Origin: Eledone cirrhosa
Taxonomy: Eukaryota
DNA: 37,142 nt
Assembly (NCBI GenBank): GCA_964016885.1
Contig: CAXHJY010001502.1
Coordinates: 1 to 37,142, forward strand
Reading direction: 5' to 3'
Shown: piece after piece, positions 14,291 through 27,150 of the stretch
Numbering within the stretch: position 1 is the first letter of the stretch
Layout: each line of letters starts with the position of its first letter
Notes under the pieces: model-generated
Databases searched by the model: none
What the model was told of the DNA's origin: nothing
The model's input: only the letters and a program-made list of their open reading frames with translations
Program-made: the position numbers and the translations under genes

Positions 14291-16498
14291 TTTTTCTGCT
14301 AGAGATGTTGTATTAGCCAGTGCGGCATTTTTAAAACTATGCTTGTGGGTATTAAACCTTGTCTTAAAATTGTTAGAGGTAGCTCCTATATATGAGCAAA
14401 TAGAATCTTTAGTTTTAACATTACATTTATAGACTATGTTGTTAACAAGACAATTCCCTTTTAATGGGCAGTTTGCTTTGTTTCTACAGTTACAACCTTT
14501 CGTTAATTCTGTATTTGAGGAGATATTATGGTTAATTTGATGTACTGGTGGTATACTTATGGTTTTCTTACATTTATATGCATTATAGGCACTTATATTT
14601 TGTTTTATGTTATTTGTTGTAGAATATGAGAATTTAACTGTAGACCTATTTAAGATTTGATGGTATTTGTGGTTTGGCGGGAAGTTTTTCTCTAGGATAT
14701 AAAAAAATTTTTTAGCAATATTATCCTTAATTTGTAAATTAAATGGAGCATTATACCAAGTAACCCGTCTATTACGGTTTCTATGTTGTTTATTATTTTT
14801 ATTATTTTTATAGGTTGTATCGTGATTTTTACTAGGAGGATTAATGTTAATGATCTCACCACAACCATTTTTAGTTATATTTGTAGATTTAGGTGTTTTA
14901 TCCTTTTTATTAGGAGTTTTATTATTAATATTTATTAGAGTTGTATGATGAGTAGTTTTTTGAGAGTTACTATACTTTATATTAGAAGATTTGGTATGTT
15001 GGGGTATAGTGTGGGTGGCATTTAGGTGTGTACTTTTCATTTGGTGTTTGTTGGTAATATTAGGTTGTATGCTTTCAGTATTTTTAGTAGAAGGTATATA
15101 TTCTAATCTATTTTTGTGGCCACTTCTATCTAGAGCTTCGTTATAGAAGGTCGCATTTTTATCAAATACATCTTGGTTAGAAGAAAGGTTAGAAATTCTA
15201 AGTGATATATTATATGCAAGGTTTTTAAGGATAGATTTAGGGTGATTAGATTGTGAGTGTATGTAATGTAAGTTTTGGTTTGGTTTATGGTAAGGTTGGT
15301 AGATACCCGTAGCTAAATCTAAAGTTATATCTAGGAAATTTACTACTTTACTTGTTTTTTCAAAAGTAATATTAAGATTATAATAGTCTTTAAGGAAAGT
15401 TCTAATATGTTTTTTGTTTTTTTCAATTTCTGAAAGGCTAAGGTTGTTAGAAAGAAGAAGACAGTCATCACGATATAAACCACCTTTGAGGTGGGGAAAG
15501 GAGGCATTTATGTTGAAAAGGAGAAAGAGGCCCACAAGATCAGTAATTTGGGCGGAATCGCTTGAACCCATAGTAATATCAAATAGATTACTATATGTGT
15601 TTCTGGTCCAGTATTCATTCTGAAATTCAATAAGTGTTAGTCTAGCATGTGTAATAATATTAATGTCATCCAAAGTTAAGTTAGATCTATTTTTAGCAAA
15701 TATCAATGCTTTGTTCAGGAGTATAGGTGATATAGAAGAATAGTAATTATCTATATCAAATTGTAGAAATGAAGCAGAAGATTTACATCTAATATTTTTA
15801 AACCAGTTAATTACCTGGGAGGTGTTTTCCCAGAGGGGTAAAATAACGTGTTTTCTTATTTGTGGGATGACTCTATCCAAAATTTTTTTGCTAATTATTC
15901 CAATATCTGATTTGGAGGGACATATAAGTTTAATAGAAGGATTTGAGTTAAAATTTGATTTATGATCTTTCAGGTTGAAGTGTGGTCTTTTCAATGCCAA
16001 AGGTTCAGTTCTATCTTCAATGTTTAGTTTTTTTACTATGTTGTGTGTTTTGTTGTTGATGTTGGTGAGTGACGCATTATTAGATTTTTTATAATTTTTT
16101 CTGAGTTCTTTATATATGAACTCATTATAATGTTCAATATCCATATGATACAAATTACCAGTTTTGTCCGAGTGGACATGGATTTTTTTAGACTTTTTTA
16201 GGTCCAATAGGGTAGAGTCAAGGTCGTTTTGAAAGACGGATTTATACTTTTTAAATTTGAGGTGTTTAATTAAATTAAAAAGGTCTTTCTCGAAGTCTTC
16301 AAGTAAAAAGTTGTGTGGTGGATTCTTGTAAGTATTGAAATCATACATATATTTCCGATCTGCTTGTTTAGATTTTCTATCGAAGTGGTAGGCTCTCCAT
16401 CTAACCCTTCTGATAAAATTATTAGTTTTTTGAATCATAAGGAGTAAGAAGTCATCCTTAGAAGGTATTGGTATGTTTTTTAAAGAGGTTCCTAAATA
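14276..16498 (-). CDS. PLE (Naiad-type) reverse transcriptase with N-terminal part of the GIY-YIG endonuclease; open up to the inversion junction
   Basis: Frame stays open upstream of the called ATG (16438): YLGTSLKNIPIPSKDDFLLLMIQKTNNFIRRVRWRAYHF. Further motifs: SDKTGNLY, LKDHK, FLQFDIDNYYSSI, FDITMGSSDS, GLYRDD, NFLDITL, WYNAPF, CNCRNKANCPLKGNC, IVY..YIG, FKTRFNTH. Confidence 0.93.
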   Translation of the reverse strand, partial: YLGTSLKNIPIPSKDDFLLLMIQKTNNFIRRVRWRAYHFDRKSKQADRKYMYDFNTYKNPPHNFLLEDFEKDLFNLIKHLKFKKYKSVFQNDLDSTLLDLKKSKKIHVHSDKTGNLYHMDIEHYNEFIYKELRKNYKKSNNASLTNINNKTHNIVKKLNIEDRTEPLALKRPHFNLKDHKSNFNSNPSIKLICPSKSDIGIISKKILDRVIPQIRKHVILPLWENTSQVINWFKNIRCKSSASFLQFDIDNYYSSISPILLNKALIFAKNRSNLTLDDINIITHARLTLIEFQNEYWTRNTYSNLFDITMGSSDSAQITDLVGLFLLFNINASFPHLKGGLYRDDCLLLSNNLSLSEIEKNKKHIRTFLKDYYNLNITFEKTSKVVNFLDITLDLATGIYQPYHKPNQNLHYIHSQSNHPKSILKNLAYNISLRISNLSSNQDVFDKNATFYNEALDRSGHKNRLEYIPSTKNTESIQPNITNKHQMKSTHLNATHTIPQHTKSSNIKYSNSQKTTHHTTLININNKTPNKKDKTPKSTNITKNGCGEIININPPSKNHDTTYKNNKNNKQHRNRNRRVTWYNAPFNLQIKDNIAKKFFYILEKNFPPNHKYHQILNRSTVKFSYSTTNNIKQNISAYNAYKCKKTISIPPVHQINHNISSNTELTKGCNCRNKANCPLKGNCLVNNIVYKCNVKTKDSICSYIGATSNNFKTRFNTHKHSFKNAALANTTSLAEKNQYL

Positions 16499-18444
16499 TT
16501 GACTCTACCCTATTGGACCTAAAAAAGTCTAAAAAAATCCATGTCCACTCGGACAAAACTGGTAATTTGTATCATATGGATATTGAACATTATAATGAGT
16601 TCATATATAAAGAACTCAGAAAAAATTATAAAAAATCTAATAATGCGTCACTCACCAACATCAACAACAAAACACACAACATAGTAAAAAAACTAAACAT
16701 TGAAGATAGAACTGAACCTTTGGCATTGAAAAGACCACACTTCAACCTGAAAGATCATAAATCAAATTTTAACTCAAATCCTTCTATTAGACTTATATAT
16801 CCCTCCAAATCAGATATTGGAATAATTAGCAAAAAAATTTTGGATAGAGTCATCCCACAAATAAGAAAACACGTTATTTTACCCCTCTGGGAAAACACCT
16901 CCCAGGTAATTAACTGGTTTAAAAATATTAGATGTAAATCTTCTGCTTCATTTCTACAATTTGATATAGATAATTACTATTCTTCTATATCACCTATACT
17001 CCTGAACAAAGCATTGATATTTGCTAAAAATAGATCTAACTTAACTTTGGATGACATTAATATTATTACACATGCTAGACTAACACTTATTGAATTTCAG
17101 AATGAATACTGGACCAGAAACACATATAGTAATCTATTTGATATTACTATGGGTTCAAGCGATTCCGCCCAAATTACTGATCTTGTGGGCCTCTTTCTCC
17201 TTTTCAACATAAATGCCTCCTTTCCCCACCTCAAAGGTGGTTTATATCGTGATGACTGTCTTCTTCTTTCTAACAACCTTAGCCTTTCAGAAATTGAAAA
17301 AAACAAAAAACATATTAGAACTTTCCTTAAAGACTATTATAATCTTAATATTACTTTTGAAAAAACAAGTAAAGTAGTAAATTTCCTAGATATAACTTTA
17401 GATTTAGCTACGGGTATCTACCAACCTTACCATAAACCAAACCAAAACTTACATTACATACACTCACAATCTAATCACCCTAAATCTATCCTTAAAAACC
17501 TTGCATATAATATATCACTTAGAATTTCTAACCTTTCTTCTAACCAAGATGTATTTGATAAAAATGCGACCTTCTATAACGAAGCTCTAGATAGAAGTGG
17601 CCACAAAAATAGATTAGAATATATACCTTCTACTAAAAATACTGAAAGCATACAACCTAATATTACCAACAAACACCAAATGAAAAGTACACACCTAAAT
17701 GCCACCCACACTATACCCCAACATACCAAATCTTCTAATATAAAGTATAGTAACTCTCAAAAAACTACTCATCATACAACTCTAATAAATATTAATAATA
17801 AAACTCCTAATAAAAAGGATAAAACACCTAAATCTACAAATATAACTAAAAATGGTTGTGGTGAGATCATTAACATTAATCCTCCTAGTAAAAATCACGA
17901 TACAACCTATAAAAATAATAAAAATAATAAACAACATAGAAACCGTAATAGACGGGTTACTTGGTATAATGCTCCATTTAATTTACAAATTAAGGATAAT
18001 ATTGCTAAAAAATTTTTTTATATCCTAGAGAAAAACTTCCCGCCAAACCACAAATACCATCAAATCTTAAATAGGTCTACAGTTAAATTCTCATATTCTA
18101 CAACAAATAACATAAAACAAAATATAAGTGCCTATAATGCATATAAATGTAAGAAAACCATAAGTATACCACCAGTACATCAAATTAACCATAATATCTC
18201 CTCAAATACAGAATTAACGAAAGGTTGTAACTGTAGAAACAAAGCAAACTGCCCATTAAAAGGGAATTGTCTTGTTAACAACATAGTCTATAAATGTAAT
18301 GTTAAAACTAAAGATTCTATTTGCTCATATATAGGAGCTACCTCTAACAATTTTAAGACAAGGTTTAATACCCACAAGCATAGTTTTAAAAATGCCGCAC
18401 TGGCTAATACAACATCTCTAGCAGAAAAAAATCAATATTTATAA
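16499..18444 (+). CDS. Second, more 5'-truncated copy of the same RT/GIY-YIG ORF
   Basis: Matches the minus-strand protein from DSTLLDLKK onward; the only differences I found are SIKLIC versus SIRLIY. Confidence 0.92.
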
Positions 18445-18652
18445 AAATAAGAATATAGAATATGATTTGACCTGGAGTGTGCTCAAAAGAGCCACCCCTT
18501 ATCAAAATAATAGAAATGAATGTAGATTATGTTCCCAAGAACTATTTGAAATAATGAAATCTAAGGATATCCTATTAAATAAACGACAGGAATTAATTAT
18601 ATCGTGTAATCATAAACTAAAAAAAACATTTAAATATTATAAACCTAATTAA
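18430..18652 (+). pseudogene. C-terminal part of the GIY-YIG endonuclease, +1 frame
   Basis: Mirror of 14068-14290. Confidence 0.88.
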
Positions 18653-19595
18653 TAACATTATTTTAGAAATTAATTTAATTTTAATTTAAATGTTAGTTAA
18701 CCTATAAATTTAATTTAATTAAAATTCTATTACAGATGAGAATATAAAATATTATGTAATCATAAATTGTGAAAAACCTTTAAATATTACTAATATATAC
18801 TTAGTAATTTAATTTATAGATTAATTTTAATTTATTTAAACCTTTTATTATAATTCTTTTACAGATAAAATATAACAAAATATCGTGTATCCAATGACAG
18901 AGAATTAATTTTTAGTATTATAGACCTAATTAATATACATTTTAGAAATATATTTATAATTTGGTTTTAATTTTAATCAACCTAAAAATTTAATTTAATT
19001 GGCTTAAAATTAGTATCCTTATACAGACGAATTGCAGAATGTCATGTAATCATAGAATGGGATGTGTTTTGGATATATACCTAGTTAATATATTCTTTGC
19101 AATTTTTGAAAAAATATGTATATGTATATGTGTATGTGTATGTGTGTGTGTGTGCATATGTGTATATATGTATATATATATGTATATATATGTGTATATA
19201 TATATGTGTATGTATATGTATATGTATATGTATTAATTTTGATTTCTATTTGCATATTTATATTCTGCTATTGATAAAATACAATATCTGTTTTATTTAT
19301 TATATACCTAATTAACATATACTATAGAAATAAATATATAATTTTTAATTTAGTTAACCTATAATTTATATTCTACTACCGATGTAATACTTTATTTGTT
19401 TTTTCCCTATTACTAAATTCAGTTCCTAATATTGATACCATAACGTTATTAACTTTAATTTAGTTATACTATAATTAATACTCTACTACTATTTAACTTC
19501 AAAATTCTGCTTCAAATATTATAAACCTAACTAATTTACACCTTAGAAATCAATATGTTAACTATCTTTAGTTTAGTTAACATATAATTTAATGG
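18602..19595 (+). repeat. Degenerate AT-rich sub-repeats in the family B 3' region (mirrored at ~13125-14118 and ~26230-27200)
   Basis: TATTATA.ACCTAA.TAA...TAGAAAT...TTAGTTAAC.TATAA units start at 18635, 18916, 19298 and 19517; TGTAATCATA recurs at ~18606, ~18755 and ~19045. Confidence 0.75.
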
Positions 19596-19981
19596 TATAC
19601 TTATTTATTTTGAAATGCATAAATTTTGCCTTATTTCTTGTTTATTGTATTTCCTAACACTGAAACTATGTAAAAAAATATACATTGGATCCTGATACGG
19701 ATAATATTCTATGTTTCTTGAAACATATATTTACTATAATCCCCTTCTCCAACCCCCCCCCTTTCCCCCATACTATTACCATCTGTCTTTGTAGGCGTGT
19801 ATGTATGAATATATATGTAGGTAGGTGTATATATGTTTGGGTATTTATATCTGAATATAAAAATACATATATGCGCATGCAAATAAGAATGTAAGATTGT
19901 GTGTGTATATATATGTGTGTGTATGTATGTGTATATGTGTATATATGCATGTGTGTATATATATGTGTATGTATATGTGTG

Positions 19982-20036
<55 letters not shown>

Positions 20037-20289
20037 ATGTATGTATGTATATGTGTGTGTGTGTATATATATGTATGTCTCTCTATTTATATGTCTATCT
20101 TCGTATCTATGTGGATATATGTGTGTGTGCGCATGTATACACATATATGTGTTTATGTGTATATGTGTGTATGTGTATATATGTGTGTGTGCACACACAT
20201 GTATATGTGAGTGTGTATATATGTGTGTGTATATGTATGTGTATATGTGTATATATATGTATCTATGTGCGTATATATGTCTATATTCG

Positions 20290-20338
<49 letters not shown>

Positions 20339-20927
20339 GTTATATATATATATTATTTATTATTATAATATAACTTATGTGTATGTGTGTATATGTGAGG
20401 GTGTGTATATGTATATATATGTGTATATATGTGTGTAAAAAAATATATATGTGCATGTCTGTTTTTTATGTGTGTGTATATATATATATGTGTATATATA
20501 TGTATATGTGGGTGTTTGTATGTGTATTTTTGGTTGTATGTGGGTGTGAGTATATATATATAAGTGTATGTGTGTATATATATATATATATATATGTGTA
20601 TATATATCTCTATTAATGCGTGTATATATGTATATGTATATGCCTTTTTCTTTGCATGTCTGAGTTGGGTGAGGGTGTAGTGGTGTTTTCTATGTATATA
20701 CGCATATATGGATGCGTATGTATTTGTATATATGAGTATATGTAAGTGCGTATGTATGTATGATTATATATCTAATTCTATGTATGAGTATATATGTGTG
20801 TATGTATGTTGTGTGTGTATGTAAGTATATGTCTATGTGTGTATATATATATGTATGTATGTGTGTGTATGTATCTATGTATGTGTATGTATGTACATAT
20901 ATGTCTATGTATGTGTGTATGTATATG

Positions 20928-20974
<47 letters not shown>

Positions 20975-21182
20975 TCATTTTTTATATATATGTGTGTGTG
21001 TGTATGTGTGTGTGTATGTGTATATATATATTTATATATGTGTATGTGTATGTTCGTGTAGGTGTATGTGTGTGTATGACTAAATATGTATGTGTGTATG
21101 TGTGTATGTGTATATATATCTATGTGTGTGTACATGTATGTATGTGTATGTATGTGTATGTGTGTATATGTGTATATGTATG

Positions 21183-21219
<37 letters not shown>

Positions 21220-21532
21220 ATATATATATATATATATATGTATATGTTTCTCTAATTGTATATGTATATGTGTATAGGTATATACCTTTTTCTTTGTATG
21301 TCTGAGTTGTGTGAGAGTGTAGTGGTGTTTGTATGTATATACCGATATATAGATGCCTAAGTATTTGTCTGTATGTATGTATGTATGTCTGTATGTATTT
21401 GTGTGTATATATAGGTATGTATGTGTATATCTGTATGTATATATGTATGTAAGTGTATGTATATGTGCGTGTATGTGTGTATATATATGTGTGTCTATAT
21501 AGTATGTGTGATTATATGTGTATGTATGAGTG

Positions 21533-21589
<57 letters not shown>

Positions 21590-21751
21590 ATATATATATG
21601 TGTATTTATATGTATGTGTGTATATGTATGTATGTGTGTATATGTATATGTTTATATATGTGTGTGTATGTATGTTCTAAGTGTGGATGTGTGTATATGT
21701 ATGTATGTGTTTGTATGTGTGTATGTGTATATATATGTGTGTATGTACGTG

Positions 21752-21819
<68 letters not shown>

Positions 21820-22453
21820 CTTGATATATTTCTTTTTTCTTTTTTCTTTTTCTTTTTCTTTTCTTTCCTTTTTAATGTTTATTTATTATTTATTATTTTT
21901 TATTTTCTTAGTTTATAGATACATCTATATTAAGCAGTCTGCCCAAACAGTTGAATACTGACCTCTCCCCCCCTCCCACCTAATTTCTGTATCTTGATCT
22001 AAATGTGTGTGCCAATGTTTATGTGAGTGAATTAATATCCATGTGCTTAGGATTTTATATCCACATATATATATGAGAGTGGGGGTGTGTGTGTGTTTGT
22101 ATGTTCGTAGTTTATGTGTATGTTTATGCATATACGCGTGTGTATGTGTGATTGTACGGATATGAGTGAGTATGAAAATATGTATATACACTTATTTCAT
22201 ATTTATGTGTCTATACGCATCTTATCTGTGCATTATAAACTTACAGAGACATTAACCTTGAAATTTTGTATTTACATCCATCCTTTTCGTATGCGTATAC
22301 AAGTTGTGCATACATTTTTGTAAAATATGTGTAAGGGTAGTTACATGTATATACACACACCGAACTGCATTAAACCTTTTGTATTTTCATTGGTCAATTT
22401 TGTTCCCAAACGGACCTGAAATTTTGAATTGTTGTTATTATCAATAAATATAT

Positions 22454-22607
22454 TTCATTATTTCTGAAGACGGCGTATATATGTGTTGGTATGTATATTT
22501 AATCTTGATAGTTTGTATAATTTTGTATAATTTTGTACATAGATCTGTTGAATATGCATGCCAATTCTAACACATATATATCCTAGAAACGATCGTTAAA
22601 TAATGAA
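22454..22607 (+). ncRNA. Type I hammerhead ribozyme with ~115-nt stem II, family B
   Basis: TTCATTATTT-CTGAAGA-[22471-22585]-GAAA-CGATCG-TT-AAATAATGAA: perfect 10-bp stem I, palindromic stem III, predicted GUU cleavage. Stem II pairs TATATATGTGTTGG/CTAACACATATATA and TTGGTATGTATATTTAAT/GTTGAATATGCATGCCAA. Confidence 0.75.
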
Positions 22608-22859
22608 CATTTTTTGTTTAATATAAGGAACTGTTTTCATTGTTTATTCATTATTTGTTTAATATTTTATATGTATATATATATATGTATATATATATAT
22701 GTATATATATGTATATATATATATGTATATATATGTACATATATATATGTATATATATGTATATATATATATGTATATATATGTATATGTATATGTATAT
22801 ATATGTATATGTATATATATGTATATGTATATGTATATGTATATATATGTATATGTATG

Positions 22860-22908
<49 letters not shown>

Positions 22909-23137
22909 GTATATATATGTAGATAAATCTACCAAGAGTTTACGGTAGTGTCCAATCCGTATGAAGAACTCAATGTAATCCGGATATCATGGAAAGAAGA
23001 GATGCAATGAAATATCACTTTCGGTTAAACGGAATACAGAGTCAAGATAAAATATTAAAAAAATAATGAATATATATACATATATATACATATATATATA
23101 TACATATATATACATATATGTACATATATATATATAC

Positions 23138-23168
<31 letters not shown>

Positions 23169-23218
23169 CATATATATATACATATATATACATATATATA
23201 TACATAGATATACATATA

Positions 23219-23254
<36 letters not shown>

Positions 23255-23436
23255 CATATATATATACATATATATACATATATATACATATACATATATA
23301 TACATATATATACATATATATACATATATATATACATACATATACATATATATATATATATACATATATATACATATATATATATATACATATATATACA
23401 TATATATATATATACATATATATACATATATATACA

Positions 23437-23542
<106 letters not shown>

Positions 23543-23602
23543 AAATATTAAAAAAATAATGAATAAAACAATGAAACAGTTCCTTATATTAAACAAAAAA
23601 AG

Positions 23603-23756
23603 TTCATTATTTAACGATCGTTTCTAGGATATATATGTGTTATAATTGGCATGCATATTCAACAGATCTATGTACAAAATTATACAAAATTAAAGAAACT
23701 ATCAAAATTAAATATACATACCAACACATATATATGCCGTCTTCAGAAATAATGAA
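23603..23756 (-). ncRNA. Long-stem II hammerhead, family B
   Basis: All core, stem I and stem III nucleotides match the 22454-22607 motif. Confidence 0.75.
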
Positions 23757-24261
23757 ATATATTTATTGATAATAACAACAATTCAAAATTACAGGTCTGT
23801 TTGGGAACAGAGTTCAAATTGACCAATGAAAATACAAAAAGTTTATACAGTTAGGTGTGTGTATATATGTAATTAACTTCGTTCACAGATATGCATAAAG
23901 ATATATGTTCACATGCATACGCATGCCAAAAAGATGTATGTAAATAGAAAAATTCAAGGCTAATGTCTCTGTATGTTTATAATCTACAGATAAAATACGT
24001 ATAAAAACAAATATACACACACATTCATATACTCACACATATACGTACATTCACACACACACGCGCGTATACGCATAAACATACACACAACCACGAACAT
24101 ACATACACACACACACACCCACACACATACATACAGGCATACATATAGAGACACATACATATACACATATAAATACATAGACATATACACACATACAGAC
24201 ATATATATATATATATACACACATACACGCATACATATATATATATATACACACATTCACA

Positions 24262-24360
<99 letters not shown>

Positions 24361-24427
24361 TATACACATATCTACACACATATATAAACACACTCATGTA
24401 TATACACACATACACATACATACCCAC

Positions 24428-24550
<123 letters not shown>

Positions 24551-24634
24551 TACATATATATATACACACATACATACACACACATACACATACACATATA
24601 TAAAGATATATATACACACACACACACATATATA

Positions 24635-24677
<43 letters not shown>

Positions 24678-24803
24678 GTAGGAGGTGAGTTTTATTGTAG
24701 TACAATAAAGCAATGCAGATATCGGATAAGAAGCACTCTACAGTTTGTGGGACTGGAGTATGCATAATATAAGATCAAAAGATGGTTAAAGGAGTTCCAT
24801 ATA

Positions 24804-24870
24804 TTTTATTATGCGCATTTCAAAAACAAACATCATCAAGCAATAATATTTGTGTTTTCATCAGATAAAA
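24804..24870 (-). ncRNA. Type I hammerhead, family A
   Basis: Reverse complement reads TTTTAT-CTGATGA-stem II-GAAA-TGCGCA-TA-ATAAAA. Confidence 0.85.
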
Positions 24871-24999
24871 CAGGAGAACATGATATGAAGGCTAAAAAAC
24901 ACTTGTTGATAGTGCAGTTTTAAATCAACATATATGATATGTTGATTTAAAACTGCACTATCAACAAGTGTTTTTTAGCCTTCATATCATGTTCTCCTG

Positions 25000-25066
25000 T
25001 TTTATCTGATGAAAACACAAATATTATTGTTTGATGATGTTTGTTTTTGAAATGCGCATAATAAAA
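25000..25066 (+). ncRNA. Type I hammerhead, family A
   Basis: TTTTAT-CTGATGA-stem II-GAAA-TGCGCA-TA-ATAAAA; palindromic stem III, predicted AUA cleavage triplet. Confidence 0.85.
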
Positions 25067-25098
25067 TATATGGAACTCCTTTAACCATCTTTTGATCT

Positions 25099-25137
<39 letters not shown>

Positions 25138-25586
25138 TATATACTCACACACACATACACACATACATATACGCATATACACACATACATACATATCCTT
25201 GTATGCGTATATACATACAGACACCACCACACGCTCACACAACTCAGACATACATAAATAAAGGGATATACATACACATATATACATATATAAATAGAGA
25301 TACATATACACATATAAATATATACACACGTACACACGCAAACACACATACATATATATACACACACATACACATATAGACATACATACATATATATATA
25401 TATATACATATATATACACATATATACATATATACATACATACATATACACATATATATACATATATATAAAAAAATAAAGAAATAAAATAAATAAATAA
25501 ATAAATAAATTAATACACTCAGTCAGACAAATATGCACACACATACGCATACATATATACATATACACATACACACACATATATAT

Positions 25587-25623
<37 letters not shown>

Positions 25624-25664
25624 CATACATATATATATACACATACACACATCAACTACAAATA

Positions 25665-25742
<78 letters not shown>

Positions 25743-25901
25743 TACATATACATACACACACACTCACATATACATGCGCACATACGTACATATATACACA
25801 TATAGACATATACATGTGCATACATATACATACACTCATATACGCACATAAATATATAGATACATATATATATACAGATACACATACTCACACATATATA
25901 T

Positions 25902-25952
<51 letters not shown>

Positions 25953-26611
25953 ATCATACACCCTTATTTACATGCGCACATATGTATTTTTATACTCACA
26001 TACAAACACCCAAACATACATACCTACCTATATATACATACATACATCCACGTTTACAAATACAAATAATAATAGTAGGGGGGGGGGGGGGGATTATAGT
26101 AAATATAGGTTTCAAGAAACATAGAATATTAATCTGTATTTAGATCATAATATGCGTTTACATAGTAGTTTCAGTATTAGGAAATGTAAGAAAGAATGCA
26201 AAATTATGCATTTCAATATAAGTATACCATTAATTATAGGTTAACTAAATTAAAGATAGTTAATATATTGATTTCTAAGGTGTATACTACTTAGGTTTAT
26301 AATATTTGAAGCGGAATTTTGAAGTTAAATAGTAGTAGAGTATTAATTATAGTATAACTAAATTAAAATTATTAACGTTATGGTATCAATATTAGGAAAT
26401 GAATTTAGTAATAGGGAAAAAACAAATAAAGTATTACATCGGTAGTAGAATATAAATTATAGGTTAACTAAATTAAAAATTATATATTAATTTCTATAGT
26501 ATATGTTAATTAGGTTTATAATAATTAAAACAGATATTGTATTTTATCCATAGTAGAATATAATTATAGGTAAACAGAAATTAAAATTAATACATACACA
26601 TATACATATAC

Positions 26612-26670
<59 letters not shown>

Positions 26671-27150
26671 TACACATACATATACATATTTTTTCAAAAA
26701 TTGCAAAGAATATATTAACTAGGTATACATCCAAAACCTATCTCAGTCTATGATTACATGACACTCTGCAATCCATCTGTATTAGGATATTAATTTTAAG
26801 CCAATTAAATTAAGTTTTTAGGTTAAGCAAATTTAAAACCAAATTATAAATATATTTCTAAAATGTACATTAATTAGGTCTATAATACTAAAAATTATTT
26901 CTCTGTCATTGAATACACGATATTTTGTTATATTTTATCTGTAAAGGAATTTTAATAAAAGGTTAAATAAATTAAAATTAATCTATAAATTAATTTACGA
27001 AGTATATATTAGTAATATTTAAAAGTTTTTCATAATTTATGATTACACAATATTTTATAATCTCATCTGCAGTAGAATTTTAATTAAATTAAATTTATAG
27101 GTTAACTAACATTTAAATTAAAATATATATTAATTTCTAGAATAATGTTA

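Larger units (their letters stand above)
9901..22670. mobile_element. Palindromic head-to-head Naiad-type PLE family B: tail 9901-10035, antisense arm 10036-16498, sense arm 16499-22670
   Basis: Mirror coordinates sum to 32720 from 13054/19666 to 16221/16499 (ORF stops 14276/18444 and 14068/18652). Both arms carry RT-EN, a ~4-kb 3' region and an HHR. Confidence 0.96.
24677..25106. mobile_element. Nested solo inverted pLTR of family A (87-bp tail plus 170-bp arms 24764-24933 / 24937-25106)
   Basis: Arms match ~4805-4968 and the tail matches 2055-2142; inserted into a (TA)n tract inside the family B copy. Confidence 0.93.

Noticed and set aside
16468-16498. Predicted N-terminus MVCFLKRFLNI of the 658-aa ORF
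   Set aside because: It is the antisense of the left arm's SLKNIP region, read across the inversion junction; a chimeric start.
15414-17306. 69-aa ORFs at 15414-15623 (+) and 17097-17306 (-)
   Set aside because: Antisense shadows of the RT core.
14276-18444. Bacterial retron, group II intron, DGR or CRISPR-associated RT
   Set aside because: YRDD RT with a C-terminal GIY-YIG, pLTR hammerheads and microsatellite context indicate a eukaryotic PLE; there is no repeat-spacer array or operon.
14068-18652. Selenocysteine recoding, reported for some Naiads
   Set aside because: No in-frame TGA at Cys positions; the interruption is a frameshift ending in TAA.
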